NCBI RefSeq assembly: GCF_009914755.1
Contig: NC_060943.1
Direction: 5' to 3' (one strand)
DNA length: 64,000 bases
From: the human T2T-CHM13v2.0 reference genome, Homo sapiens
Position 1 is the stretch's first letter, and every line of letters starts with the position of its first letter. A program made the translations under genes and the position numbers. This document shows, one piece after another, positions 1-13,280 of this stretch. The notes under the pieces were generated by a model. That model ran no database searches and was not told where the DNA came from. It saw only the letters and a program-made list of their open reading frames with translations.

Positions 1-820
1 TGGTTTGACTGTGGCTGTCGTTCCGACTCCGACGGTCCCGTGGCCCCTCAGCAGGAGCGTCGGCTGGTTTGACTGTGGCTGTCGTTCCGACTCCGACGGT
101 CCCGTGGCCCCTCAGCAGGAGCGTCGGCTGGTTTGACTGTGGCTGTCGTTCCGACTCCGACGGTCCCGTGGCCCCTCAGCAGGAGCGTCGGCTGGTTTGA
201 CTGTGGCTGTCGTTCCGACTCCGACGGTCCCGTGGCCCCTCAGCAGGAGCGTCGGCTGGTTTGACTGTGGCTGTCGTTCCTACTCCGACGGTCCCGTGGG
301 CCCTCAGGAGGAGCGTCGGCTGGTTTGACTGTGGCTGTCGTTCCGACTCCGACGGTCCCGTGGCCCCTCAGCAGGAGCGTCGGCTGGTTTGACTGTGGCT
401 GTCGTTCCGACTCCGACGGTCCCGTGGCCCCTCAGCAGGAGCGTCGGCTGGTTTGACTGTGGCTGTCGTTCCGACTCCGACGGTCCCGTGGCCCCTCAGC
501 AGGAGCGTCGGCTGGTTTGACTGTGGCTGTCGTTCCGACTCCGACGGTCCCGTGGGCCCTCAGGAGGAGCGTCAGCTGCTTTGACTGTGGCTGTCGTTCC
601 GACTCCGACGGTCCCGTGGGCCCTCAGCAGGAGCGTCGGCTGCTTTGACTGTGGCTGTCGTTCCGACTCCGACGGTCCCGTGGCCCCTCAGCAGGAGCGT
701 CGGCTGGTTTGACTGTGGCTGTCGTTCCGACTCCGACGGTCCCGTGGCCCCTCAGCAGGAGCGTCGGCTGGTTTGACTGTGGCTGTCGTTCCGACTCCGA
801 CGGTCCCGTGGGCCCTCAGG
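1..820. repeat. 64-bp CpG-rich minisatellite (about 12.8 copies visible, runs off the window start)
   Basis: Unit TGGTTTGACTGTGGCTGTCGTTCCGACTCCGACGGTCCCGTGGCCCCTCAGCAGGAGCGTCGGC repeated head-to-tail, nearly identical copies. Confidence 0.97.
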
Positions 821-1058
821 AATGGACGAATAAGTCTGGACTGAAGAGATTCAGAAGGCGCTCGAGATGGTCAATGAAAGTGACTCGGAAAATAAACAGC
901 TGGACAAGTCGCAGGTTGGATGCAAAAATAAATATTATTGTCCTCCTCATCCTTCTTTTGGCCTTCTAGCCCGCCCTCCCTTCTCCAGGCCAAAAAGCTC
1001 AGAATAATCACATACACAGGGTTAGGGTGCCTGAGGGTGTTTACTGGGAGCGGAGGTC

Positions 1059-1285
1059 TTAGAGGCCAGGCCTGGGTTGATCACACTTTTCTGGTGATGC
1101 TTTTGGGGGTGGCAAGCTCATAGAGGCGAGGGGACGCCTGTCGTATCCCTCGTTGAGGCCCTTGCGCACTTTGGGCTTGGCCAGGGAGATGATCCGGGGG
1201 CTGGCCACCACCTTCTTGGTGACATCCAGCACCTCCCAGCGAGGATCTCGGTCAGGAACGCACTTGTCCGACTGAGCTTTGGGCC
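1059..1285 (-). CDS. THEG: THEG (SPMAP2) exon 8, coding part ((R)PKAQSDK...PRPGL*)
   Basis: Acceptor ccactAG|GG at 1286-1287; stop at 1059-1061; phase matches exon 7; matches THEG C-terminus as recalled. Confidence 0.95.
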
Positions 1286-1344
1286 CTAGTGGGGGCAGAA
1301 GAGAAGGACAGCACTGAAGCTCAAACCTCAAAGCTCCACATTCA

Positions 1345-1619
1345 GGCTGGGCATGGGAGCTCACACCTGGAATCCCAGCACTGTGGAAGGCTGAGGCAGG
1401 TGGATCACCTGAGGTCAGGAGTTAGAGATCAGCCTGGCCAACATGATGAAACCTCGTCTCTACTAAAAATACAAGAATTAGCTGAGCGTGGTGGTGCGTC
1501 TCTAGTCCCAGCTACTCGGGAGGTTGAGGCATGAGGATGGCTTGAACTTGGGAGGCAGAAGTTGCAGTGAGCGCAGATCGCGTCACTGCACTCCAGCCTG
1601 GGCAACAGAGCAAGACTCC

Positions 1620-1650
<31 letters not shown>
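1345..1650 (+). mobile_element. Alu (AluS-like), full length
   Basis: Alu dimer plus poly(A); flanking AAAGCTCC..CATTCA target-site duplication. Confidence 0.92.
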
Positions 1651-2865
<1,215 letters not shown>

Positions 2866-2910
2866 AAACCTACACTTAAAACAGGGTGAATTACAAATAA
2901 AAAATATTTC

Positions 2911-3390
<480 letters not shown>

Positions 3391-4314
3391 CCACAGGTAC
3401 CTGAAAGGGGGACTCAGGGGGCCACAGCCAAGAGAGCTCAAGTCTCCTCACTCTGCTGCCAACACAGGTGACCCTGGTTCACCCCCCTCTCCACCTGCTC
3501 ATGTCATGGTGGTAAGTGGGTCGGGGCAGGAGGCATCTCCTCCCCCTGGCTGGGGTCATGTCTTGCTCCCTGGTGGCTGTCCCTCAGGCACTCGTGGCCC
3601 CCTCCTCCTGGTACCCCCTTCTCACCATCTCTCCCCCACCCCTTCCTTTATAGCAGGGAGCTGCAGCAGACTGCTTGGAGACTAGGAAGAAAGGTGGCCA
3701 CCGAGTCTGGCATAGCAGCCGGGGCTGTCCTCTACCTTGTCTCTGAAGGCTTCAGGGCCTTTGATTTCTGGGAAAGCTCCCACCTTCTTTCCAGATCCCT
3801 CTTTGCGTGGAACTTCTGCGCAAATGAATAAGGGCTACCCACTTCTTGGCAGACCAGCCCTGGCTCTGTGAAGAGGCTCCTGGGGAAAAGAGTGTGGAGT
3901 CTCTTCCACTAGGCAGGCAGAACCCCACGTGGCACGTGGCTGGGCAAGGCCATCTGAATGGAAACTGCAGATACAGCACTGCCTTAGACCATCCTGCACG
4001 CACCCGCGCTCACCACACACACACGTCGTGAATATAAACATCCATATACTGGTACAGGTGTGAGTGCTTCTCTGGCCCCTGCTCTGCATGCTAATTGTCT
4101 CTTCTGCACCTTCCGGGTGGATGCGAGCTCTGCCCGGCAGATGCCCTTGTGCAGGGTAAGGGGGCCAAGCAGTGGGGCCCTGGTGACCCTAAGGGGGCTG
4201 GAAGAACCGTGCCCAGAGCCTAGCCTTCTTTGAACTCCTCTGTGAGAATTTAGTAGGCATCTGGGCTTTGAAACTCTGTTGAGTTTCCAGCACTCCCGAG
4301 CAGCAGCAACTGAG

Positions 4315-4665
4315 CCCACATAGCAAGCGTGAGCACGCACAGAGAAACAGCACAGCCACACACTCGCTCTTACCCCCACCACACAGCAAGTGTGAGCACA
4401 CACACACAGCCACACACTCGCTCTTACCCCCACCACACAGCAAGTGTGAGCACATACAGCCACACTCTTACCCCCACATAGCAAGTGCGAGCACACACAG
4501 CCACACACTCGCTCTTACCCCCACCACACAGCAAGTGTGAGCACACACAGCCACACACTCACTCTTACCCCCACCACACAGCAAGTGTGAGCACATACAG
4601 CCACACTCTTACCCCCACACAGCAAGTGTGAGCACAAACAGCCACACTCTCGCTCTAACCCCACA
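4315..4665. repeat. About 50-56-bp CA-rich tandem repeat
   Basis: CACAGCAAGTGTGAGCACACACAGCCACACACTCGCTCTTACCCCCAC repeated about 6-7 times. Confidence 0.85.
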
Positions 4666-4721
4666 TAGGTCAGTGCACTTCATTTGCTGGTCTGCTTCAC
4701 GTTTTAAAAATGCTGCTTCCT

Positions 4722-5010
4722 GGCCAGGAGCGGTGTCATGCCTGTAATCCCAGCACTTTGGGAGGCCGAGGTGGGCGGATCATGAGGTCAGGAGTTCAAG
4801 ACCAGCCTGGCCAACATGGTGAAAACCTGTCTCTACTAAAAATACAAAAATTAGCCAGGAGTGATGGCAGGCTCCCGTAGTCCCAGCTACTCGGGAAGCC
4901 GAGGCAGGAGAATGTGTGAACCCAGGAGGCGGAGCTTGCAGTGAGCCGAGATCGCGCCACTGCACTCCAGCCTGGGCGACAGAGCAAGACTCCATCTCAA
5001 AAAAAAAAAA
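4722..5010 (+). mobile_element. Alu
   Basis: Alu dimer with poly(A). Confidence 0.92.
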
Positions 5011-5923
5011 GGTGGTCCCAACTATGAGTGGGTGGAAGCCTCAACCCTCCGTCATTCTCTCACACACGCATGCACACGCACAAACACATGCATGTGCACA
5101 CACGGATATATATTTATATGTACATTTGAAACATGGATGGATGTATCCATGCATGTGTGTACCAGTGTATCGATGTTCATACTCAACGTGTGTGTGTTTG
5201 TGGTGAGCGTGAGTGCGTGCGTGTACCAGTGTATGGATGTTTATACTCGCCGTGTGTGTGTGGCGAGCACAAGTGTGTGCAGGACGGTGTAAGGCAGTGC
5301 TGCATCAGCCCTCATCTGTTTCCATTCATTTCACTCATCATTTCACAAATATCAAGGGAATGGATGAAAGAATGAATAAACAAAGAAAAGGCCCCATAAG
5401 CGAAGTTAAAAGACAAGACAGAGACTTGGGAGAAGTTATTGTGCAATGTGTTCAACAAGGGATTAATAACCGTCTTACATAAAGAGCTGCTCCCAATCTA
5501 CAACTCCAAAACACCAGGCAGCAGGAAACTGGGAAAACGATATAGAAGAGTAAACCTAAATGGCCAAGCAACTTCTCTGGCAATTCGCACACATTACCCT
5601 TGTCGTTGAGGAAAATGGTTATTCAACTTGTTTTAAAAGACAGGAATGGAGTCAGGCCAACACCCATTTTAAAGCTGCATTTGTTCCTTAGCGTGGTTCT
5701 CTGGTTCCTGCTCTGCACCCTGATTTTCTCTTCTACACCTTTTTTTCCTGCTAGAAAACCCTCTCAGACAACACCCTCTGCTTCCGGACCACACGTCCCT
5801 GTGATTTCTGCTTCTCTTTCATGGGGGAGAGCTTCCCTCTGCCCGCTCTAGGCAGAGGTATAAGGTGTCCCTTGGGATCTGAACAGGACATCAGGAAATG
5901 CCTAGCCTGAGGCACCTACTTAC

Positions 5924-6083
5924 TGGCCAAGTGAAGGAGGCGGTTATGGTCTGACACATGTGGCTTGGGTTTTGGCACGGGGTCCCACTCTTCCAAGAGG
6001 GTGGCTGGGGCCTTCGGCTTTGACAACTGGAGGATCCGCGAGCTGGGGACTGCCATTTGGGCTGCCCTGGATACCTGGGACAC
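5924..6083 (-). CDS. THEG: THEG (SPMAP2) exon 7 (VSQVSRAAQM...RLLHLA)
   Basis: tttccAG acceptor, GTAAGT donor, 160 nt, THEG-repeat motifs RILQLSKPK and RLLHLA(RPK). Confidence 0.95.
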
Positions 6084-8177
6084 CTGGAAAGAGAAATAGA
6101 GAGAAGGGTTACGTGAAACAGTCCATGATGCCTCGTGGGCCCTGGAGCTGAAGGACCCCAGGAGCAACACTGAAAGACACAAGACAGACTGGGAAGAAGT
6201 TGGTTTGTAATGTATTCATGAAAGGATTAGTAACTATCACGCATAAAGAGCTCCTCCAAACCAATAACCAAAAAAACCCCAAAAGGGCTGAGCAAAGGGT
6301 ACAGGAGACAAACCCTAAATGGTCAATAACCCTGTCTTTTGACCAATGTAATATCAACAATTGTTGGCAAATGTAAATTAAAACAACAAAATATCACTCC
6401 ACGCTCACAAATTTGGCAACAATGAAAAAGTCTGACATGATCAAGCCCTGGTGAGAGGCTCTCATGCATGACTGGAAGGAGAGTAAATTAGTACAGGCAG
6501 CTCAGGGAGCAATTCGTCCACTAGGTTCAGCTGAACACGCGCAGGCTTGGTGACTGCCACATACGGGGACTCCTGCGCTTGACCCGAGGAAGTGGGTGCA
6601 GGGATGTTCCCTGCAGCTTAGTTACCACACACACACCCCGGAAGGAGCCGGGCGCCCGGCCGCTGGGGGCTGCACAAGCTGACTGCAGCGCATTCTCAAG
6701 AGAGGGCAACCCAGCAATTAGACCATTTTTTTTCTCCATAAATTGGCACAAATTGCTCTAGAAAACAGTAATGAGGGAAAGCAAAACAGAAGTCATTTAT
6801 GGTCACGAACACCACGAAACACGACCTAGGGGACAGGATATGAAAACGATGGCAGTGGGGCAGTGCTGGCCGAGGCGGGAGACCTTGCGGACGTTTCACC
6901 CAGAAACTTGGCACCCTTGCTCCCCAAATCAATTCTCAGCAGTGGCCAGCACAGTGGCAGCCCTTTGGGGGGTCGAGGTGGCAGGATCATGTGAGCTCGA
7001 GACCAGCCTGGGCAACATAGCAAGACCCCATCTACACACACATTCTTGGCATTTTCCAGAAAACCCATAGTGCACTGAAAGTGTGTTCTTTGATGCTTTG
7101 CACCAGCCTACGCAGAGACTGAGTACTGCGCGGCGCTCAGACACCCTTAAACTGGAGCTGGCTTCCCTCCTCTCGCCTCATACGCATTCTGTTCCCCTTC
7201 ACCAGGCTTGCTCCCGTACACGTGTGTAGGAGTCCGCCTGCAAAATAACTAAGGAGTAGGCAAAGGACCGCTTCACACGTCTCCCACTTATGCTTTGCTG
7301 GAAGAGGAACTGGCCATTCCTGATGCCTCTGGGGAGGGAGGGAGGGAGGGAAGGAGGGCAGCTGCTGAAATGTTTTCTTCCTTAAAAGGGAAGTGGAGGT
7401 GGCCGACCCACGCCTAACTGGATGCTCCTGTCCATCCATTCTTGGAGCGTTACCTGACAGTCTGTGATTGTTGGCTGGTCCTAACTCTAGAGCCTGCGTG
7501 GAGGCAGAGGATGAAACCATCCCCAAAGGTCACTGTGAAATTTCAGTCCCTTTCTTCTTGAAATTGCTCCCCCATAAAAATCACAGACACATCTCTCAGC
7601 AAAGATATTGTGGTGTTTACAATGGAAGCTCCCACTCAGTGATCCGTCTTCTCCCTCCCTGGCTCCCTCCAGCCTCCTCTCTTCCCACCAGCCCTGCGGC
7701 TTCCATGCACACAGCTCAGGCCGGGCTGCTGAGGTAGAGAGACTCCATTTCAGTCCTGCTTTCAAGGAGCTCCAGTCCTGGAGGGGCAGGCCCTGATTCA
7801 TCCAAACCAACTGCAGAAAGCCGTTGCTCAGACAAGTGGGAAAGGGAACATGGACCGTGCATGTTGGTATCACGGAACCACTGTTCACTTTTTAGTGTGA
7901 TCAGTGTTACTGGGTTCGTGTTTTAAAATGTCCTTGTCTGTTAGAAATTCCTACTGAAGTTTTATGGGAGAGATGCTGTCACTTTAAACACGTTTAACTT
8001 TAAACCCCACTTTAAACAAGTGGGGTCTGAGAAACCACCATAGGAGAAGACGCGACCACACACAGTGAGGGGAATAGAAGTTAATGCCACGCGAGAAACG
8101 GCCAAAACGTTTAGGAATAATCAGGTGAACAAACCAACAAGCAAGAAAGCAGGCACTACCACCGAGTGCTGACCACA

Positions 8178-9066
8178 ATGGGGAGAGCCTGAGCTCAATC
8201 CCCGCCCGGAGAATGCAAGACGGCGGCCAGGATGAGGCAGGCCTGAGCTTCCACTCCCCGCCCGGAGAATGCAAGATGGAGGCCACGACGGGGCACACCA
8301 GAGCTCACTCCCCTCCCAGAGAATGCAAGATGGCAACCAGGAAGGGGATCGCCTCAGTTCATTCCCTGCTTGGAGAATGCAAGACGGTGGCCAAGATGGG
8401 GAAGAGCCTGAGCTCCCTCTCCCCACCCGGAGAATGCAAGATGGTGGCCAGGATGGGTTTCAGGCACATCCGTGTGAAGAAGCCTAAACAGGCTTTGTGT
8501 GAGCAATAAAAGCTTTTAATCGCCTGGTGCAGGCGGGCTGAGTCCGAAAAGAGAGTCAGCAAAGGGTGGTGGATTATCAATTGTTCTTATAGGTTTTGGG
8601 ATAGGTGGTGAAGTTAAGAGCAATGTTTTGCGGGCAGGGGTGGATCTCGCAAAGAACCTTCTTAAGGGTGGGGGACATTACAAAGTACCTTGATCACTTA
8701 GGGTGGGGCAAAAACAAATCACAATAGTGGAATATCATCAGTTAAGGCTATTTTTACTTCTTTTGTGGATCTTCAGTTACTTCAGGCCATCTGGATGTAT
8801 ACGTGCAAGTCACAGGGGATGCGACGGCTTGGCTTGGGCTCAGAGGCCTGACAACAGGGACAGCCTGAGCTCCCACTTCCCACCCAAAGAATGCAAGATG
8901 GCCAGGATACGGCGCACCTGGGCTCCCACTCCCGGCCCAGACAATGCAAGATGGTGGCCAGGATGGGGAGCGCCTGAGCGCAATCCCCACACAGAGAATG
9001 CAAGACGGCGGCCAGGATGGGGAGAGCCTGAGCTCAATCCCGGCCCAGAGAATGCAAGACGGCGCC
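8178..9066. repeat. About 55-bp diverged tandem repeat (9 units) within an old L1M fragment, interrupted by LTR7
   Basis: GAATGCAAGA(C/T)GG(C/T)GGCCAGGATGGGGAGAGCCTGAGCTC recurs 5 times left and 4 times right of the LTR; flanks resemble L1M. Confidence 0.85.
8458..8853 (-). mobile_element. Solo HERV-H LTR (LTR7 family), sense to THEG, in intron 6
   Basis: Minus strand begins TGTCAGGCCTCTGAGCCCAAGCCAAGCC and ends CTTCACACGGATGTGCCTGAAA; ATTAAA at 8515-8520. Confidence 0.93.
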
Positions 9067-9106
9067 GTCACTTTGGACAACCATTGGTCAGTTTTTTAAA
9101 AGTTAG

Positions 9107-9508
<402 letters not shown>

Positions 9509-10065
9509 CGTATTCACATCAGTTTTATCGTAACAGTCCTAAACTGGAAGCCACCCAAATACCCTTCAGTGGGTGCCTGGATCGGCAAATTCTGGAATTG
9601 AACCGGCGACGACAAGGAATAAACTACCGACGCACGCGAGAGTCTCAGATGCAGGGCGGGGGATGGCAGAAGCCGGGTCAAGCCCGCAGGCTGCGGGGTT
9701 CAGACTTTCGGAAAAGCAAAAGGTACAGGGCGTAGAGCGAGGTCAGTGGTTGCCGGGGGCCAGGAGTCCGGCCTGAGCTGGGGCGAGAGATGAGCGCTTT
9801 CTGAACACCTGAGATAAGACTGTTCTAATTCCTGAGTGTGAGCTGGAAGCTTTGGGATCCAACCGGACTGAAGCGCAGGGAAGGATGACCCCTGGGCGGC
9901 TCTGAAGACAGTGAGAGATCAAAAGAAAGCTGCTCCCAGACAAAGGCAGCCGCCCTGTGCAGCTTCTCCTCCTCCCCTGACTCCCAAACGCAAAGCCTCT
10001 TTCACTCTCTGCCGGGTCCCAGCCCGCCTGGCGGGGGTGAGTCGCGGGGGGCACGGGGCACCCAC

Positions 10066-10183
10066 CTCAGACATGGGCATGCTCCAGAAGTTATCACGAA
10101 TCTTCGGGGCGGCCAGTTCCTTCAGGCGACTCGACGCTCTGTATTCCAGGGAGGACCGAGGAATGGGCCAGACAGGAGTCGTC
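10066..10183 (-). CDS. THEG: THEG (SPMAP2) exon 6 (TTPVWPIPR...SMPMSE)
   Basis: ccccAG acceptor, GTGGG donor, 118 nt, RLKELAAPK motif. Confidence 0.95.
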
Positions 10184-10230
10184 CTGGGGGAGGTCCCCAT
10201 TTTAGACCAGCAGCTCGGCCGGGGGTGGGG

Positions 10231-10270
10231 GTGTGTGTGTGTGTGTGTGTGTGTCTGTGTGTGTATGTGT
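10231..10270. repeat. (TG)n/(CA)n microsatellite
   Basis: GT dinucleotide run. Confidence 0.9.
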
Positions 10271-10691
10271 CTGTCTGTCTTTCCCAGCTCCTCCATATGT
10301 GTCTGTCTGTCTTTCCCAGCTCCTCCTCTGTTTCTGGGGTTAAGAGAGCCTGGGAGAGTGGTGAGTTTTGAAAGCGTCTCCAAACAGGGATTCGTAAAGA
10401 ATTTCTAAGAGTTCTCAAGTACAGAGCTACCATCTCCCAGGGTTGTCTCTGCTCAATGTGCAACGTCCACCCTCAGGTCCAGGCCTTCTCCATTCCCTTC
10501 TGGGACGGCAGCTCCTCCCAGGCCTTCTCTACACACCCCCATCATCAAGAGCCTGGCGTGAGCACTTGGACCCAAGGGATGAAAGTGTCTGTCCTGAGGT
10601 TGCAAAGCTGGGGAAAGCGAAGGACAGCTGAGCTCCCGGGGCTGTGCCTTCTGAAATCAGGTCTCAGCTATGCCTCTGCTCGGAAATAAAG

Positions 10692-11155
10692 CCGCATTTC
10701 ATTGATTCTAAGGCAAGGTCTCCACATTGAACAGGTCTGAGGTTAGGATGCAGCTTATGAGTGCTGCCAGCCAGATGGCGGAAGTGTCCTGGCTACATCT
10801 GGCTGCATCTGTGTGTGCTGTTCACGTGATCTGCACTGCTGCTTCTACAGGAGTTAAGTTTAATTACAGTTTAAATTGTCTTCAGGTCACAGTATGATTT
10901 GGCGTTAAAAAGTGCACAGAGGCGTGAGGACAGTGTGTGCGACACCCACATCAACGTCTGTGTCAGAAGTGGTTCAAAACAGTTGGACACACTTCCGCTG
11001 TCTACTTCAGCTGTGCTTTCCTTCATACGCTGCATAAAAGATGGGTAATTATATGTTGTGTCTAAATAACTAAAGATCACTTTTAACAAGCACAGGGGCT
11101 GTAAGTGGTAAGAAAGAATTTTGTACATAAAATACTAATGTGTCTTAGAATTTCC
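10692..11155 (+). mobile_element. MER104/Kanga-like (TcMar-Tc2) DNA transposon remnant
   Basis: Begins CCGCATTTCATTGATTCTAAG and ends TGTCTTAGAATT (terminal-inverted-repeat remnants); internal resemblance to the consensus as recalled. Confidence 0.6.
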
Positions 11156-11489
11156 ACCTTTTTTGAGTAAACAAAATACAGTCACAATGGTGATAACATC
11201 TGAGCACGCACTGTGTCAGGCGCTGTGCAAATCCCCGTTCACGGGTGCCCTCCACCACCATTCCACAGCTGGCAATGCAGTTGCACGGGGCCAAGCAGCC
11301 TGCTGGGGATGTGGACTGGGAAGCAGCCTGCTGGGGATGTGGGCTGGGAAGCAGGCCAGCCCCGTCTGAACACCAGCTGTCTAGGGCTAGGACCTGGACC
11401 CTTTCCCACGCAGCATCCTGTCAGGCGAGAATAAGGCATTTCTGCCAAACTCTGCCTTCTGAGTAGCCACCCAGCCCTCCTTCCCCCAC

Positions 11490-11559
11490 CTGTTGTTGTT
11501 GTAATATTCCAGGTAGAATCTCTTGGGCCGAGACAGTTCCTCCACGCGGCGGGACACCG
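11490..11559 (-). CDS. THEG: THEG (SPMAP2) exon 5 (AVSRRVEELSRPKRFYLEYYNNNR)
   Basis: ttttgcatAG acceptor, GTGGG donor, 70 nt, phases fit both neighbouring exons. Confidence 0.93.
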
Positions 11560-12328
11560 CTATGCAAAATGGGAAACGGAGTCAGTGAACCCCAGTGTCA
11601 ACACCCTGCAGTTCCCAGGGGCTTCTGCATGCGGAATTCAGCTTTTCATGAGCTTGGGCAGGAGGCTGAATTGGAAGAACTGTGGGCAGAGACAACTGGG
11701 GGCCAGACACCCTGCAGAGAGAAGACTTGCTGTCCCTGATTTAGGGACAATGGGCTCAGAGGCTTGAAGGTCCTTTCTCGGACACCGGATGGGAGTGGCA
11801 GGGCTGGAACAGCAGCCCAGCACCGTGGCTCCTCAACGGGGCTCAATACAGATCCAGGGACCCACAGGCTGGGAAAATGGGTTTTGTTCTGAAGTTAGTA
11901 CAAGCCTGGGGTTTCCAGGGGCCTAGTGATGACTGTAGGTCTAAAGTCAAGAACAGCACAGGAGAGAACTGGACTGTTATTCTCCTCTATGGGGAACTCT
12001 CGAAGTGTCTCATTTGAAGGTATCTATGATACCTCAATACCAAATTCCTCTCAAGAAAAGCATGGAAATCATTGTGGAAGGGAAAGCAAAGGGTCTTTTT
12101 GTAAATTCTTGCCCCGATTTGGCCCTATCCTAGAGAGTGTTCCCCATGCCCCTCACCCCCAGGACCAGTCTCAGCTCTAGCTCCTCAGGGGACAGACTCC
12201 AGTGGGGAGGACAGAGGCTCCGAGGAGATGGGGCAAGGGAGGCCAGAAGTATCTAGATGGGGCGGGGCAGGTTCCCTGGAGGCCGGCAGCCGGGGGCAGG
12301 GGTCTCAGCAGGCACGGGCTCCACCTAC

Positions 12329-12390
12329 CGGGCACTGTGATGGTGAGGGTGGTGTCCTCAAGGAACCGCTCGGTCCAGTACACAGAGGGC
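12329..12390 (-). CDS. THEG: THEG (SPMAP2) exon 4 (PSVYWTERFLEDTTLTITVP)
   Basis: ttccAG acceptor, GTAGG donor, 62 nt. Confidence 0.93.
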
Positions 12391-12798
12391 CTGGAATAAG
12401 CGGACGGCTCAGGGCAAGGGAGGCAGAGAGCCCTGGCCCTGCCCGGAAACAAGCCTGGGTCTCTGCCAGGAGGGTGGCCGAGGTGGGGTGTGGAGTTGCT
12501 GGGAGAGGGGGTAGGCCAGAGAAGGACAGTGAGGGGGCCGGCGGGACGCGTGGATTATTGTGAGCAAGGCTGATGTCCAGAGAAGGAGGTAGCTGGGGGA
12601 GAAGCATAGCTAAGAAGAGGGCCCAGGGCCACCTCCTGGGAGCAGACCCAGGTCACAAGGGTGGAGAGCCCCACATCTGAGGAGCCCTCCCTGATCCTCC
12701 TCCCTGGAGAGAGGAGGGTGGCTGGAGTGAAGGGGTCCCCTGGAACCTGACACGTGTCCCCCAGCATAGGCACACGGCGGAGACAGCCCTGGACTTAC

Positions 12799-12870
12799 CA
12801 GCAGAGACAGAAGTGCAAGCTCATCTTACATGGGGAGATCCAGGCATACCCCTTACCACAGCGTCCCTTC
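12799..12870 (-). CDS. THEG: THEG (SPMAP2) exon 3 (KGRCGKGYAWISPCKMSLHFCLCW), 72-nt frame-preserving exon
   Basis: ctcgcAG acceptor, GTAAGT donor; length divisible by 3, so skippable. Confidence 0.92.
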
Positions 12871-13157
12871 CTGCGAGGAGACAGGGTCCGAGCCCCACTG
12901 CCTCTTGCCCTGGGTCTCCCGTTTGCTCCCAAACTCCTCACTCTCCTTTGGCCACCGCCCAGAGGGCCACCGTTCCCTAGCCACTCCCAGTGTCTGGCCA
13001 CCTCCTTAACTGGCCAACCCCACCTACCCTAAGTTTGCTGGATGTGGTGGCAGCTGGGGGAGGGGAGCCGAGCAGTGGGGACAGGAGGAGCCCGGGAAGG
13101 GTGCAGAGAAAGCCGCCCACGCTGCCCCTACGAGGCCGTGGTCTGGCGTGTCCTCAC

Positions 13158-13280
13158 CTGTCTTTCAGGACTTGCCAGTTTATCTTGGGCTCTGCCAGCT
13201 CCATGAGCCTCCTCCGCCTCCTCCTCTTCCTTGCTTTGGTCATGGTGGTGCTGGGGAGCTTCTGGCTGATGGACAGCCGG
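13158..13280 (-). CDS. THEG: THEG (SPMAP2) exon 2 (SRLSISQK...KRRRRRRLMELAEPK...KDR)
   Basis: cccaaAG acceptor, GTGAGG donor, 123 nt, polybasic tract. Confidence 0.95.

Noticed and set aside
1-820. CRISPR-like array
   Set aside because: Units are contiguous and nearly identical, with no unique spacers and no cas genes; the context is human.
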